A DNA stretch of 64,000 nucleotides, taken from NCBI RefSeq assembly GCF_036365525.1, contig NC_090397.1:16319657-16383656 (forward strand), given 5' to 3'. The stretch is from Heterodontus francisci (Eukaryota). Each line of letters opens with the position of its first letter. The stretch's first letter is position 1. The notes under the pieces are model-generated. The model saw only the letters and a program-made list of their open reading frames with translations, did not search any database and had not been told where the DNA came from. The translations under genes were made by a program, and so were the position numbers. This document shows positions 12,024 through 23,949 of the stretch, one piece after another.

Positions 12024-12045
12024 TCGAGCCCACCCAGGGACGCCA
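12024..12045 (-). promoter_or_regulatory. Primer binding site, tRNA-Asn
   Basis: Minus strand TGGCGTCCCTGGGTGGGCTCGA is complementary to the 3' end of vertebrate tRNA-Asn(GUU) (..TCGAGCCCACCCAGGGACGCCA). It lies 4 nt (TAAT) from the LTR end. Confidence 0.92.
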
Positions 12046-12049
12046 ATTA

Positions 12050-12960
12050 TGTAAACCGTGGCATGGAGTCAACTCCCCTTGTCCCCTTTATTCCCTATAC
12101 CCACTTGATCCTGGCCGTCACGTGGGACTGAAGTCCTCTTAATTCAGGCTCAGGCTGGGTGTTTGGGATATCAGATTTCAAGAGAGCCACCCTCCAGCTC
12201 AATCCACAGCTACAGTTAATGGCTTAGTACAAAGAGGAGGAACTCAGTCCTTTCTTTAACTATTACTTTACTTTATTCACGTTGTTGTACAATGTAAGAA
12301 TAAGGCTTATACACTTAGTTAGACAAAAGCATACAACTCCCACTGAGTTATACAGTTAATAACAAAACTAGCTAGAATTCATAAGCACACCCACTAGGTT
12401 CCTCTGACCTTTCCCTGACCTAGTCACAGAATACAAAGGATATTACCCGAAAAAGGGAGTTAACGCTGGCCAGGCGTTCTGTTCTCTCTCTCTCTTCTAT
12501 GTCGTCACCGCGTCGCTCACGCAGGGTCTTTCGCTTCCACGATTGTCGATCTCCGGAGTTTTCGCTGGCTCTATGCCCAAAAAGCTCTATTCTTATCTTC
12601 ACTCTTATCTCTCCAAATCTGAGCTGTCTCTTTCCGGTTGGTTTAGCCTTGCTCACCTCGTTCACATCTTCTCTTAATTGGCCCAGGCCCAAAGACCCCG
12701 GTATCACACCGTGTCCAAATAAGGCCCTTTTCCTGTGATTGATCCTTTGTCTTGTCTCATAAAGTAACTACTTCAAACTGGTTTTTACCAGCACAGGCCA
12801 GTGTCTGAACTCTAGGTTACTACAGGTCAAACAATCCCAGCAGTTTGTAACTGATTCTGTGTTTCTTGCAGCCCCTGGCCAACATTGGGACAATTATTGT
12901 ATTTGCCTTTTGGTGTAAACTGAAATTTTTCTGAATTAAAGCTTTATGCCCTCCATTACA
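12050..12960 (-). repeat. 5' LTR (about 911 bp)
   Basis: Bounded by the inverted termini TGTAA...TTACA and adjacent to the PBS. The outer boundary at 12960 is inferred from the terminus only, because no TSD confirms it. Confidence 0.8.
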
Positions 12961-14164
12961 CTTTTTAAAACTGTGACTTTTACAAGACAACCTCCTTCCC
13001 CCCCTTCCCTCTCACCCCAACTTTTTGTGGAGAACATTTTGATGACTTGGCTCTTCAGTGCCTCCATTTGAAGTTCTAAGGAGGATTTAATCGTTCTATC
13101 ACTCATCAATTAAGAATTCAACGTGCTGTCATTTTTAGATTGCGCATGTGAGAGCTTTGTGTTGACTGCTCCAACCATTTTGTCCTATCTTGTAGCATTG
13201 CTGTGTTTCCTTGGTGTTATTTAATAAGCTGCGTTTGTTAAACAGTCATTGTGTGCACAGTACACTTTTATAGACAGAAGTCCCGGTCAGTTGAGTTCAA
13301 CGCAGTTCATTGATATCCTTCACAGATACAACATAATACTAACACACCTTTGGGACAAAAATGAAGCCAAATTTAATATTTATGCAGCTTCCTGAGCAAG
13401 ATAAGATCTGCTTTTACACAGTTACCTGATTCAATCTTTTGTACCAACATGAATTTGACTTTGTTGCTTAAATGTCAATCCTGTTTAATTTTCGCAACAC
13501 GTGTTTGAAAAGTCGTCACTATAAACAAGTTTTTACAACTTAATTTACTACAATTAAACACTGAGGTGGAGAAGCCAAAGCAGAAGTTAATACTTCTGAG
13601 AGTGGTTATAACTTACCAGACTTAAACCTATAGTGCACAGATTGGAATAGTGCAAAAGTGATTACAATCCAATATCTACCTAATCAGACACTTTAGTGGA
13701 GATTAAGTTGAGTTACTTTTGTTTGATTTTATGCCACATGCCATGCATCTGGTAAAACCGACGGAACCAGTTTAACATTGATGCGAAACAGCTTGAGCTT
13801 CACACTGATGCTAAACTTGGATAATTCACATGAGGTATTGAGGCTGGAAATGACTGCAAAGTGAAGCAGAGTGGGACTCCCTCCTCCAGGGCCCCTATTC
13901 AGGAATTTAAGCCACATTTGTAGTTGGGGGGAAGATTTCGGAGAACCTCAACACCATGAACAGAGTCTCATATACATAAAGTAACTTATCAGAGGATCGC
14001 AGGGACAGAATGAACATGAGCATTTTATATCATGCTCCTGATTAAAATTGAAGGGCAAATGGCAGAGTGTGGATTGATTGGGATTCCAGGAAAAGTATTT
14101 CTGAAGATTCAAAGCCATTTTTCCCACCAGTACCCAACAACAGTCACTTAGACACCGAAGAAAA

Positions 14165-14320
14165 AAATAAAGACTTGCATTCATTTAGCACCTTTCAAGA
14201 CCCTCAGGACATCCCAAAGCATTTCACAGCTAATGAAGTATTTCTGAAGTGTATTCAGTGTTGCAATGTAGGAAATACGGCAGCCAATTCATGCACAGCA
14301 AGATCCCACAAGCAGCAACT
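14165..14320 (-). mobile_element. DeuSINE-like SINE, 3' part (split by Harbinger insertion)
   Basis: Reverse complement of the tail seen at 1430-1560. The sequence resumes at 19979. Confidence 0.75.
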
Positions 14321-14853
14321 GGGACAGAATTTTTTCGATGCAGTGGCAACGGGCTGGGAGGTGGGTGGGGCAGCAATGCTGGTGGTTAGCTTCGGGGCGG
14401 AAGGGGATATTCCCAAAGGCTCCCGGACTGGCAGATGGAGGCCGCACTTGAAGGTGGTGGGAAGGCAATTGAGCCTGGTAAACAGGCAATTAATGGCGAT
14501 TTTACCAGCTCTTTACAATTTTGTGAGGGGCGCACGAGAACAGTACAGCTTCGGCACCTCGCCAGCTATAAGGTGGCAGAAGCTCAACAGAAGGCCCGTC
14601 TTGACCACAGTCAGCAGCCATTGTGAAAGGTACCAGAGCAATATAGGAAGAGGAGATAGTCCATAAACAGCAGCAGCAGCAATCTGGAGGCTACCTGAAC
14701 TTGGGGAGCAGAGTGGAGGTATTCTGATTGAGTGTTCTCTCTGAATTGCCACTAGCGTGTACAGAGTAAGGGGGAGGTGAGAGGACTTGAAAAGTGAGTG
14801 TAGCAATGGGCCTCATTTACTCAGGCTTTGAATCCTCCAGTGAGGAGGAGCAT

Positions 14854-16530
14854 CATAGAAACATAGAAAATAGGAGCAGGAGTAGGAGCGGCCCTTCGAG
14901 CCTGCTCCACCATTCATTATGGTCATGGCTGATCATCCAACTCAGTAACCTGTTCCCGCTTTCTCCCCATATCCTTTGATCCCTTTCGCCCCAAGACCTA
15001 TATCTAACTCCTTCTTGAAAACATACAATGTTTTGGCCTCAACTGCTTTCAGTGGTAGCAAATTCCACAGGCTCACCACTCTCTGGGTGAAGTAATTTCT
15101 CCTCATTTCAGTCCTGAAAATTTTACCCTGTATCCTTAGACTATGACCCCTGGTTCTGAACTCCCCCACCATTGGGAACATCCTTCCTGCATCTACCCTA
15201 TCAAGTCCTGTTAGAATTTTATAAGTTTCTATGAGATCCCCCCTCAATCTTCTGAACTCCAGCGAATATAATCCTAATTGACTCAATCTCTCCTCATACG
15301 TCAGTCCCGCCATCCCAGGAATCAGTCTAGTAAACCTTCACTGCACTCCCTCTATAGCAAGAACATCCTTCCTCAGATAAGGAGACCAAAACTGCACACA
15401 ATATTCCAGGTGTGGCCTCACCAAGGCCCTGTGTAATTGCAGCAAGACATCCCTGCTCCTGTACTCAAATCCTGTCGCTATGAAGGCCAACATACTATTT
15501 GCCTTTTTTACCACCTGTTGCACCTGCATGCTTACCTTCAGCGACTGGTGTACGAAAACACCCAGGTCTCATTGCATATTCCCCTCTCTCAGTTTATAGC
15601 CATTCAGATAATAATCTGCCTTCCTGTTTTTGCTACCAAAGTGAATAACCTCACATTTATCCACATTATACTGCATCTGCCATGCATTAGCCCACTCAGT
15701 TAACTTGTCCAAATCACCCTGAAGCCTCTCTGTATCCTCCTCACAACTCACCCTCCCACCCAGTTTTGTGTCATCTGCAAATTTGGAGATATTACATTTA
15801 GTTCCCTCATCTAAATCATTAATATATATTGTGAAGAGCTGGGGTCCTAGCACCAATCCCTGCGGTACCCCACTAGTCACTGCCATTTGGAAAAAGGCCC
15901 ATTTATCCCTACTCTTTGTTTCCTGTCTGCCAACCAATTTTCTATCCATCACAGTACACTACCCCCAATCCCATGTGCTTTAATTTTACATGCTAATATC
16001 TTATGTGGGACTTTGTCGAAAGCCTTCTGAAAGTCCAAATAAACCACATCCACTGGCTGTCCCTCATCAACTCTACTAGTTACATCCTTGAAGAATTCTA
16101 GTAGATTTGTCAAACATGATTTCCCGTCCGTAAATCCATGCTGACTCTGACAAATTCTACCACTGTTCTCCAAGTGCTCTGCTATAAAATCTTTGATAAT
16201 GGACTCTAGAATTTTCCCACTACCGACATCAGGCTGACTGGTCTATAATTCCCTGTTTTCTCTCTACTTCCCTTTTTAAATAGTGGGGTTACATTAGCTA
16301 CCCTCCAATCTGTAGGAACTGTTGCAGAGTCTATAGAATCTTGGAAGATGAACACCAATACATCCACTATTTCTAGGGCCACTTCCTTAAGTACTCTGGG
16401 ATGTAGATTATCAGGCCCTGGGGATTTATCGGCCTTCAATCCCATCAATTTCCCCAACACCATTTCTCTACTAATACTGATTTCCTTCAGTTCCTCACTC
16501 TCACCAAACCCTGTGTTCCCCAACATTTCC
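14854..16530 (-). mobile_element. CR1 LINE, 5'-truncated, RT ORF2 remnant
   Basis: KSPGPD, NYRPVSL, QHGF..GKSCLTNL, VYLDFQKAFDKVPH, SGVPQG.VLGP, KFADDTKL, LVRPHLEYC, FTQRVV..WN, and a (CATAGAAA)-type tail at 14854. Confidence 0.95.
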
Positions 16531-17315
16531 CTCAGAGAGGGAGAGAGCTGCAGCCACCAGGAGTGCGGCTGCAGCACCAAGAGGGGCACCAGGAACATGA
16601 GGCTGGAAGTGGGCACAGACGAGGAGGGCAGAGAGGGGCATGCAACCAGCAGAGGACACTACCTACCAGAGAGGATTTACAGTCAGAGGCTCTGCTTCCT
16701 GCAAATGTTGGCGCAGCAGTGTTGCCAAAGAGAGGAGGCGTTCATCGAGCTGTGCACCTTGATGGAGGAGGGCCTGACCCCAATGGGAAGTGGTGGGCAC
16801 CCATTGCGTGTAGCTGTGAAGGTCACAGTGGTGCTGAATCTTTATGCCTCAGGATCATTCCAGGGATCCTCTGGAGACACCTGTGGATTTCCGAGTCTGC
16901 AGCTCATCGCTGCATCAAGATGGTCACAAATGCCATGTTCAAGATGGCTGGCCAATATGAACAGTTTGGCACTGATCCACACCATCAGCCTGAGAGAGCT
17001 GTAGGATTTGGAGCCATAGCTGGATTCCCCCAGGTGCAAGGAGTAATCAACTGCACCTGGGGGCCATCATAGCTCCTAGAGAGCAGGCAGCAGCCTTCAT
17101 CAACAAATAGGCCTTCCACTCACTCAATATACAACTGGTTTGTGACTAGGTGTCAAGAGCTAACCACTGAAGACATGGCTCCTTATGCCTGCGCGGAACC
17201 CCAGCACAGATACAGAGAAGAGATACAACAGCTGCCGCACAACAACTTGATTGACCATTGAGCAGGCTATAGGGCTTCTGAAGATGTGGTTCAGGTGCAG
17301 ATGGATCTGGATATC
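16531..17315 (+). pseudogene. Harbinger (HARBI1-like DDE) transposase, middle fragment
   Basis: 'VAVKVTVVLNLYASGSFQGSSGDTCG / ISESAAHRCIKMVT..GFGAIAGFPQVQGVINCT..FHSLNIQLVCD', with frameshifts and stops. Confidence 0.85.
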
Positions 17316-17319
17316 CTAG

Positions 17320-17975
17320 TGCATGAACCACAAATGGTTAGTATACAGGTACAGTATGTAATTAGGAAAGCTTTGGAATGTTGTCATTTATCGCGAGGGG
17401 AATTGAATACAAAAGTAGGGAGGTTATGCTTCAGTTATACAGGGCATTGGTGAGACCACATCTGAAGTGCTATGTACATTACTGGTCTCCTTATTTAAGG
17501 AAGGGTGTAAATGTGTTGGAAGCAGTTCAGAGAAGGTTTCCTAGACTAATACCTGGAATGGGCGGGTTGCCTTATCAGGAAAGATTTGACAGGCTAGGCT
17601 TGTATCCGCTGGAATTTAGAAGAGTAAGAAGCGACTTGATTGAAACATAAAAGATCCTGAGGAGTCTTGACAGGGTGGATGTGGAACTAGGGGTTACTGT
17701 TTAAAAATAAGGGGTCGCCCATTTAAGATGGAGATGGGGAGAATTTTCTTCTCTCATAGGGTTGTGAGTCTTTGGAATTCTCTTCCTCAAAAGATGGTGG
17801 AAGCAGAGTCTTTGAATGTTTTTAAGGCAAAGGTAGATAGATTCTTGATAAGCAAGGGGGTGAAAGGTTATCAGGGGTAGGTGGGAATGTAGAGTAATCA
17901 GTTCAACCATGAACTTATTGAATGGTAGAGCAGGCTCGAATGACCTACTCCTGCTCCTAATTTGTATGCTCGTAT
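17320..17975 (+). mobile_element. CR1 LINE 3' fragment
   Basis: 'FIARGIEYKSREVMLQLYRALVRPHL..WSPYLRK..LGLYPLEFRR' followed by a CR1 3' UTR. Confidence 0.92.
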
Positions 17976-17979
17976 GCCT

Positions 17980-18498
17980 TGATGGATCAGAGGCTAGGAA
18001 TCCTGTGGCGAGTAACTCACCTCCTGACTCCCCAAAGCCTGTCCACCATCTACAAGACACAAGTCAGGAGTGTGATGGAATACTCTCCACTTGCCTGGAT
18101 GGGTGCAGCTCCAACAACACTCAAGAAGCTCAACACCATCCAGGACAAAGCAGCCCGCTTGATTAATACCCTATCGCACCAAAGCTCCTTAGACAGCACC
18201 TTCCAAACCCGTGACCTCTACCACCTAAAAGGACAAGGACAGCAGATGCATGAGAACACCACCCCCTGCAAGTTCCCCTCCAATTCACACACCATCCTGA
18301 CTTGGAACTATATCGCCATTCCTTCACTGTCATTGGGTCAAAAGCCTGGAACTCCTTCCTAACAATACTGTAGGCGTACCTACCCCACATGGACTGCAGC
18401 AGTTCAAGAAGACCACCACCTTCTCAAGCGCAGTTAGGGATGGACAATAAATGCTGGCCTAGCCAGTGACGCCCACATCCCAGGAACGGAAAAAAAAA
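17980..18498 (+). mobile_element. LINE (CR1/L2-group, second family) 3' fragment
   Basis: 'QRLGILWRVTHLLTPQSLSTIYKTQVRSVMEYSPLAW..LNTIQDKAARLI' and the tail 'gggatggacaataaatgctggcc..cccacatccc..aaaa'. Confidence 0.85.
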
Positions 18499-18767
18499 TC
18501 TGATGGTGCCCTTCCATATGCCCCAGCAAGGGTCTCGCATATCGTGGTGGTGTGCTGTGCTCTAAAGAACCTCTGTGGCTACAGAGGGGAGAAGCTTTGA
18601 ACATTGAGAACATCCTGGAGTGTGATGCCTCCTCCGAGGATGAGGATTTGGAAAGGGCTGCTGACCAGGCAGACAACGGTGATGAATCCAAAGGACCGCA
18701 GGCAAGGCGCAATGAGATATGCGCAAGGGAGGCTCACGAGGCACTAATGCAGAAACGTTTCTCATGA
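18499..18767 (+). pseudogene. Harbinger transposase C-terminal fragment
   Basis: 'GALPYAPARVSHIVVVCCAL..' then an acidic stretch and 'AHEALMQKRFS*'. It continues the sequence interrupted near 17315. Confidence 0.75.
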
Positions 18768-19249
18768 GCATTCGTTACAAGCCCATATAAACAAATAAAT
18801 CTTCAACGTTCTATAGCCCTGTTACGCCTTCCTTGAATGCCCTTACCATCTCACTGGACCCATTATCACATGAGGCCAAAGCATGAAAAATGCATTGACC
18901 TCATGCAGTGTCGTCCTTCCCATCACACCCTTTGCAAGAGCAATCGAACTGTTAATGTGGCCCAATAGTGGATAAATGTGCAAAGGATTCATTTGGTGGT
19001 GCAGCATATCAGGTTTCAAATAAACAACAAAGTGACATTGAACTATACACTATAAACCAGTGAAACCTAAGAGCAGCTATGTGGACTTTCTCACACGCTT
19101 GCAGGTGTTCCTATGCGGTGCTCCCCCTGCTCTGTCAGCTGAAGTGAAGCCAAGCTGCTGATGTTACTGCTCCATGGCTTTCGATGGCCGTGGCAGTCAT
19201 CCCCTGGTCCTTCAGGCAGCTTATGCCCCTCTTACCCAGCCATTGCTCC

Positions 19250-19670
19250 TCAGAGCACATGGAGAAGGCGATGGCATGCACGTCCGCGCCCATCTCCATC
19301 ATCCACTGTGATAAACTGGATGTGACTCTCCATGAGGGTCACCACTCTCTCAATGGAGGAAGCCATGCGTGCACATGCCAGAGACATACCAGACACGCCA
19401 AATGTGACCTTACTGTTATGCACTGCATTCACCTTGCCAGACCTCATCAGGTCATTGATCCGCTTCCTACACTGCAGCTACATATGTTGGGCCCTCATGG
19501 CTGCTTACCTCTTGCGTTATCTCCATCGATGCCCTTTTCGTCTGGCTAGCTGGCCTCCTCCTTCCATCTCGCGGGAAAAGGGCTTCCCTCTGAGCCCTTT
19601 CCACCTAGAGGAGCACCTCCAGGGAGGCATCAGAAAACCTGGGTGCCACACTTGCTCTGCCTTCTGCCAT
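19250..19670 (-). pseudogene. Harbinger-associated Myb/SANT-like DNA-binding protein fragment
   Basis: 'MAEGRASVAPRFSDASLEVLL*VERAQREALFP.DGRR', a typical Myb/SANT-like N-terminus, facing the transposase. The lower boundary is approximate. Confidence 0.65.
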
Positions 19671-19978
19671 CTCGCAATCTGTCCAGTTGTCAGGCCTCCC
19701 TCTCAGTTTCCTCTGGGGCTCCTGCTTTAAAACGATTGCTGGCTGCTTTTTAAATATGGTGCCAGCCTCGCATGACCTGGTACTTACCCTTGCCTGTGCC
19801 ACCTAACTCGCCGGCTCCCATGCCTGCCGACTGTTAATTGGACAGCCCCGACAATATTGCAGTTTCACTTCCGCGCTCCGCCACCCCACCCACCCCCCCC
19901 CCCACCATTCCCACCAGTGCAGCCACCCGCTTGCTGTCCTGACATCAGGACTTTGTCGCTGCCAGTAAAATCCCAACC

Positions 19979-20100
19979 GTGACACTGATCAAATAATTCG
20001 TTTTTTTAGTGGTTGATTGAGGGATAAATATTGAGCAGGGCACCAAGATAGCTCCCCTACATTTCTTCAAATAGTGCCATGGAATCTTTTAGGTCCATTT
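19979..20100 (-). mobile_element. DeuSINE-like SINE, continuation of 14165-14320
   Basis: 'tgatcaaataa..ttgagggataaatattg..ttcttcaaatagtgccatggaatctttta' is the reverse complement of 1300-1410. Confidence 0.72.
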
Positions 20101-20619
20101 GCGAAGGACATGGTGAAGAGGTGAGCATTAATGTTCAATAGGACTTCAGTTCAAGTTTGCTTGTTTGTTTTGGAAAAGGGGACATGAGGTCCATTTGAAT
20201 GTTTCAAAATTATAAAGAGGCAAAACTGATCCAGGCAATTCGCTTATTATGGCAAGGGGTTCAAATACCAAGGGGTACAAGTCAGAAAGTATAAAGTTAG
20301 GATAAAGAAAGGAAACGGGGCAGGCCTTCTCACCCAAGAGTTAATAGTGTGGTGGAATGAGTTTATCTGTGGAAAAGGAATGAATTGCTTTGACTTTGTA
20401 GTCTTTTTCCAGAGCCTACCCTAAGCTGCTATACTACATGACAGAAGTAGGTATTGCAAAGAGCCCAAGAATTCCTCCTAGCACATACCCTTGGCAGGAG
20501 GGAACAGGATGCTGATCCAATCACTCCTACACCACTGGAATTTACAGGCCAGTACAAGCAGGGCAAAGTCCTTGGAGAAGGTGAAGAGGAGATCTTTCAG
20601 AATGGTAGGAAGAATGAGG

Positions 20620-21060
20620 AACATCAGTTCTATGGGGAGATTAGAGAAGCTGGGCTTGTTCTCCTTTGTGCAGAGAAGATTAAGGAGAGATTTAATGGAG
20701 GTGTTTGAAATTGTGAGGGGTATCGCTAGAGTAAATAAGGAGAAACCTTCCACTGGCAGGAGGGCGAGTTACCAGAGAACATAGTTATAAAATAATTGGC
20801 AAAAGAACCAGAGGGGAGATGAGGTGAATGTTTTTCAATGCAGCAAATTGTTACCATCCTGAACACGCTGCATGAAAGGGTTGTGGAAGCATATTCAATA
20901 AATAATTTTCTAAAGGGAATTAGATAAATATTTGAAAAGGAGCAATTTGCAAGGCTACGGGGCAAGAGCAGGGGAGTTGGTCTAATTAGATAGTTCTTTC
21001 AAAGTAGTGGCACCAACATGATGGGCCGAATGGCCTCCCTCTGGTGCTGTAAGTTTCCTA
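20620..21060 (+). mobile_element. Old CR1 LINE 3' fragment
   Basis: 'RLEKLGLFSFVQRRLRRDLMEVFEIVRG' followed by the 3' UTR 'gatgggccgaatggcctcc'. Confidence 0.8.
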
Positions 21061-22029
21061 ATTTTGATCCAAATTCCTAGCTGCCCTGGGGCTGCCAAGC
21101 TGTCCAGCCCCAGAAAAATCGGAGCTATAGCACCAAGCTGTCAAAACTCTTCTGCCTTACCTGGGCAGGGAGTCAGTAACATTCATATTTAATCTTCTGA
21201 AAGAGTGACAAAATTCGTGTGTTTTTCTGAATCACCTTAAACTGTGAATGTTGGGGTGGGGTGAGACTGTGGGGGCGCGAGTCGAGGGGAGGAATAAACT
21301 AGGACCTTTAAATTTAAAATGCCACTAGTATGAATAACATGATATTTCTATTTGATATTTTTATGCCTGAAGTAAAATGAAACATAATTCATCACCTTTG
21401 CAGAATTCAATAATTGTGTTCTCTACTGATGGGATATTTCAATAGAGCCACAGATGTTCCAATTGTTTTATAAAATAGAAATGTTACATTCATAAGGACA
21501 ATGTCGCATTTCCTGGAATTCACTTGGTGGGAGAAACATATGACAGCAGATTCATTCATCCTAAAGTGCTTAAAGTGGGCCAGTTTGTACTTGTGACACT
21601 CATTTTTAAAACACACAGAATTTCCACGTTCACACTATTGGATATTGAAACAGAGTTGTGCCACCAGGACTGTTTTGTAGTCATTTTAACTTTTATTAGA
21701 TAATAGACTTTAAAAGTTTCATGCCCAGGGAGTTTTTATTTCATTCTATTAGAATGGTATAGACTGTTGTGTACTTATTCGTAATACTTCCACAGTTTGA
21801 TCTCTTGGTATCATTGCGATTTTTTTTTATTAACAGTTTAATCAGCTGGGTGCTTATCTTAAAAAGCTAACATTTCTGAAATTGGAAATGAAATGAAAAG
21901 CTTTCTAAACAATGCAGTAGCTGTGGGAAAGTGTCCAGCAGAACCTGTAAGCCTTGGGCTGATGAGGTAAATGGCTTTTATTTCCTGCCAACTGGAAAAG
22001 TCCACCTAGTTCTGCCCTTGTGTAACTTG

Positions 22030-22640
22030 AGAGCCTGATAAGTGGCAAATAATACTTGTGCCACAGAAGTGTTTGGTAATGGCCATCGCCAACAAGAGAG
22101 AATCCAACCAGCCCTCACCCCCTTGATTGTTCCCATGATTACCATTGCTGAATTTCACACCATCATCATCCTGGGGGTCACACTCCACTTGTCTGGATGA
22201 GTGCAGTTCTAACAATTCTCAACAAGCTTACCGCCCTCCAGGACAAAGCAGCCCGCTTGATCAGCAGCCCTTCCATCACCCTAAACATTCACTCCCTCCA
22301 CCATCAGTGCACAGCGGCAGCAGTGTGTACCATCTATAAGATGCACTGCAGCAACTCACCAAGGCTTCTTCGACAGTACCTTTCAAACCCGCGACCTCTA
22401 CTACCTCGAAGAACAAGGGCAGCAGACGCATGGGAACACCACAAAATGCAAGTTCCCCTCCAAGCGAAACTATCCTGACTTGGAAATCTATCACCGTTGC
22501 TCTCCGTCGCTGGGTCAAAATCCTGGAACTTCCTTCTTAACAGCACTGTGGGAGTACCCGCACCACACGCACTGCAGTGGTTCAAGAGGTGGCACATCAC
22601 CAGCTTCACTGGGGCAATCAGGGATGGGCAATAAATGCAC
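22030..22640 (+). mobile_element. LINE 3' fragment (same family as 17980-18498)
   Basis: 'LQDKAARLISSPSITLNIHSLHHQCTAAAVCTIYKMHCSNSPRLL' and the tail 'gggatgggcaataaatgc'. Confidence 0.85.
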
Positions 22641-23059
22641 AAACTTCGTATGTTTCCTGCATTGCAATGAATGGGCACTGGTTACTCAAGATCCCTGCCT
22701 AATTACTAATCCAATTTTTCCCCTGATAAGTCTGTTATGTGATGTGGAGGGTAGGGAAGGGTGCGGAAGGGGGTGAAATTTGGAGACCTCAGACTGTGGT
22801 AGCAGTGGCCCAGGCTGGATTTATCCTGCTCCTCCTGGCCCCACAGAAATATAACAGAACTCTCCTCAGGACCAACTTCAGCTGGTACTGGTCGGACTGC
22901 ATACTACACGTCCCACCCAGTTCACTGCATAAGTGGCAATCGTGGTCCCCGGGCCCGGGGATTGTTGCCAGGAGCTAACAATGGAGGCAACAAGGTTACT
23001 ACTATTACTACTTGGATGGTAATCTGGTGAAGTAGATTGCCTGCATTTTAAAGAGCAAC

Positions 23060-23450
23060 AATAACACAACATTCATTTATATAGCATCTTTAACATCCAA
23101 GTCACTTCACAGGAGTAGAATCAGACAAAAATTGACTCCAAGACAAAGAAGGATGTATTAGAACAGGTGACCAAAGCTCATTCAAAGAAGTAGGTTTAAA
23201 CAGGTGTTTCCAAGGAGAAGAGAGAGGCAGAGAAATTTAGGGAGGGAATTTCAGAGCTTAGGGCCTATACAGTTGAAGCCATGGCCACCAATGTTGGGTT
23301 ATTGAACCGGGGATGCGCAAGAGGCCATAATTGGAGAAGCACAGAGGTTATGGGGCTGGAGGAAGTTACAGAGTGAGGAGAAATGAGGCCATGGAGGGAG
23401 TTGAACACAAGATTCAGTATTTTAAATTCAATGAGTTGCTAGACCGGTGA
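23060..23450 (-). mobile_element. L2-like LINE 3' fragment
   Basis: Reverse tail 'caacattcatttatatagcatctttaac', homologous to the + copy at 29370-29662. Confidence 0.6.
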
Positions 23451-23949
23451 CAGTTTTAGTAACATTACAGGTGACATTTCAGATATAAAAGAGGCAGATG
23501 TGTCAGCAGCAATGACATTTAAAATGTTTGCCTGCAAATAAATATGACCCCCTTCTCCAATATTTTTTTCAGTACTCAGTTTAGATTGGCTCAGTATTTA
23601 AAAGACTAAATAAATTCAAATGAAAAAACATGTGATTATTTTTGTTACACTGAAGAACTGTAATTTGATTCATTTCAGAGCACAAAGAGACTAAATTATA
23701 ATCCTTTCCTCTGCCAAAGCAAAGTATATTGAATGGCAGTATTTGAATTAGTAAACACGTGATCTCCTTTTGTGACTGCTTTTTTAAGTTTCAATCAGAA
23801 CTATTGTATTGATGCAGTGGAAACAAAAACATTGGACTCAGTGAAATGCTTTAATCCCATTTTTGAGGCAAGGCAGTGACATTGTTCAAAATGGGAACCC
23901 TGCTTCCACAAGGTAAATTTCGTGCTCCCTGCAGAGAGCCACATCAGAA

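Larger units (their letters stand above)
4343..12960 (-). mobile_element. Endogenous retrovirus-like provirus, lokiretrovirus-like (LTR-gag-pro-pol-env-LTR), defective
   Basis: Direct repeats at 4343-4848 and 12050-12555, tRNA-Asn PBS, and gag/pro/RT/RH/RH/IN/env in order on the minus strand, with several stops and frameshifts. Confidence 0.92.
14321..19978. mobile_element. PIF/Harbinger DNA transposon, decayed, with convergent transposase and Myb/SANT ORFs and three nested LINE insertions
   Basis: Boundaries set by the interrupted SINE. Degenerate termini (GGACAGAATTTT / AAAATCCCAACC). Transposase fragments on +, Myb/SANT fragment on -. Confidence 0.78.

Noticed and set aside
12024-12045. 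tRNA-Asn gene
   Set aside because: Only the 3' 22 nt including CCA are present, next to an LTR. This is a PBS.
12990-13020. Polypurine tract (minus strand) near the 5' LTR
   Set aside because: It lies outside the element, is not adjacent to the LTR terminus, and is at the wrong end for a PPT.
13000-14160. Possible host exons in apparently unique AT-rich sequence (also 21100-22000)
   Set aside because: No recognisable protein similarity or convincing paired splice sites.
16531-18767. Host HARBI1 gene
   Set aside because: Frameshifted, interrupted by LINEs and paired with a Myb/SANT ORF inside a SINE-splitting insertion. It is a transposon relic.
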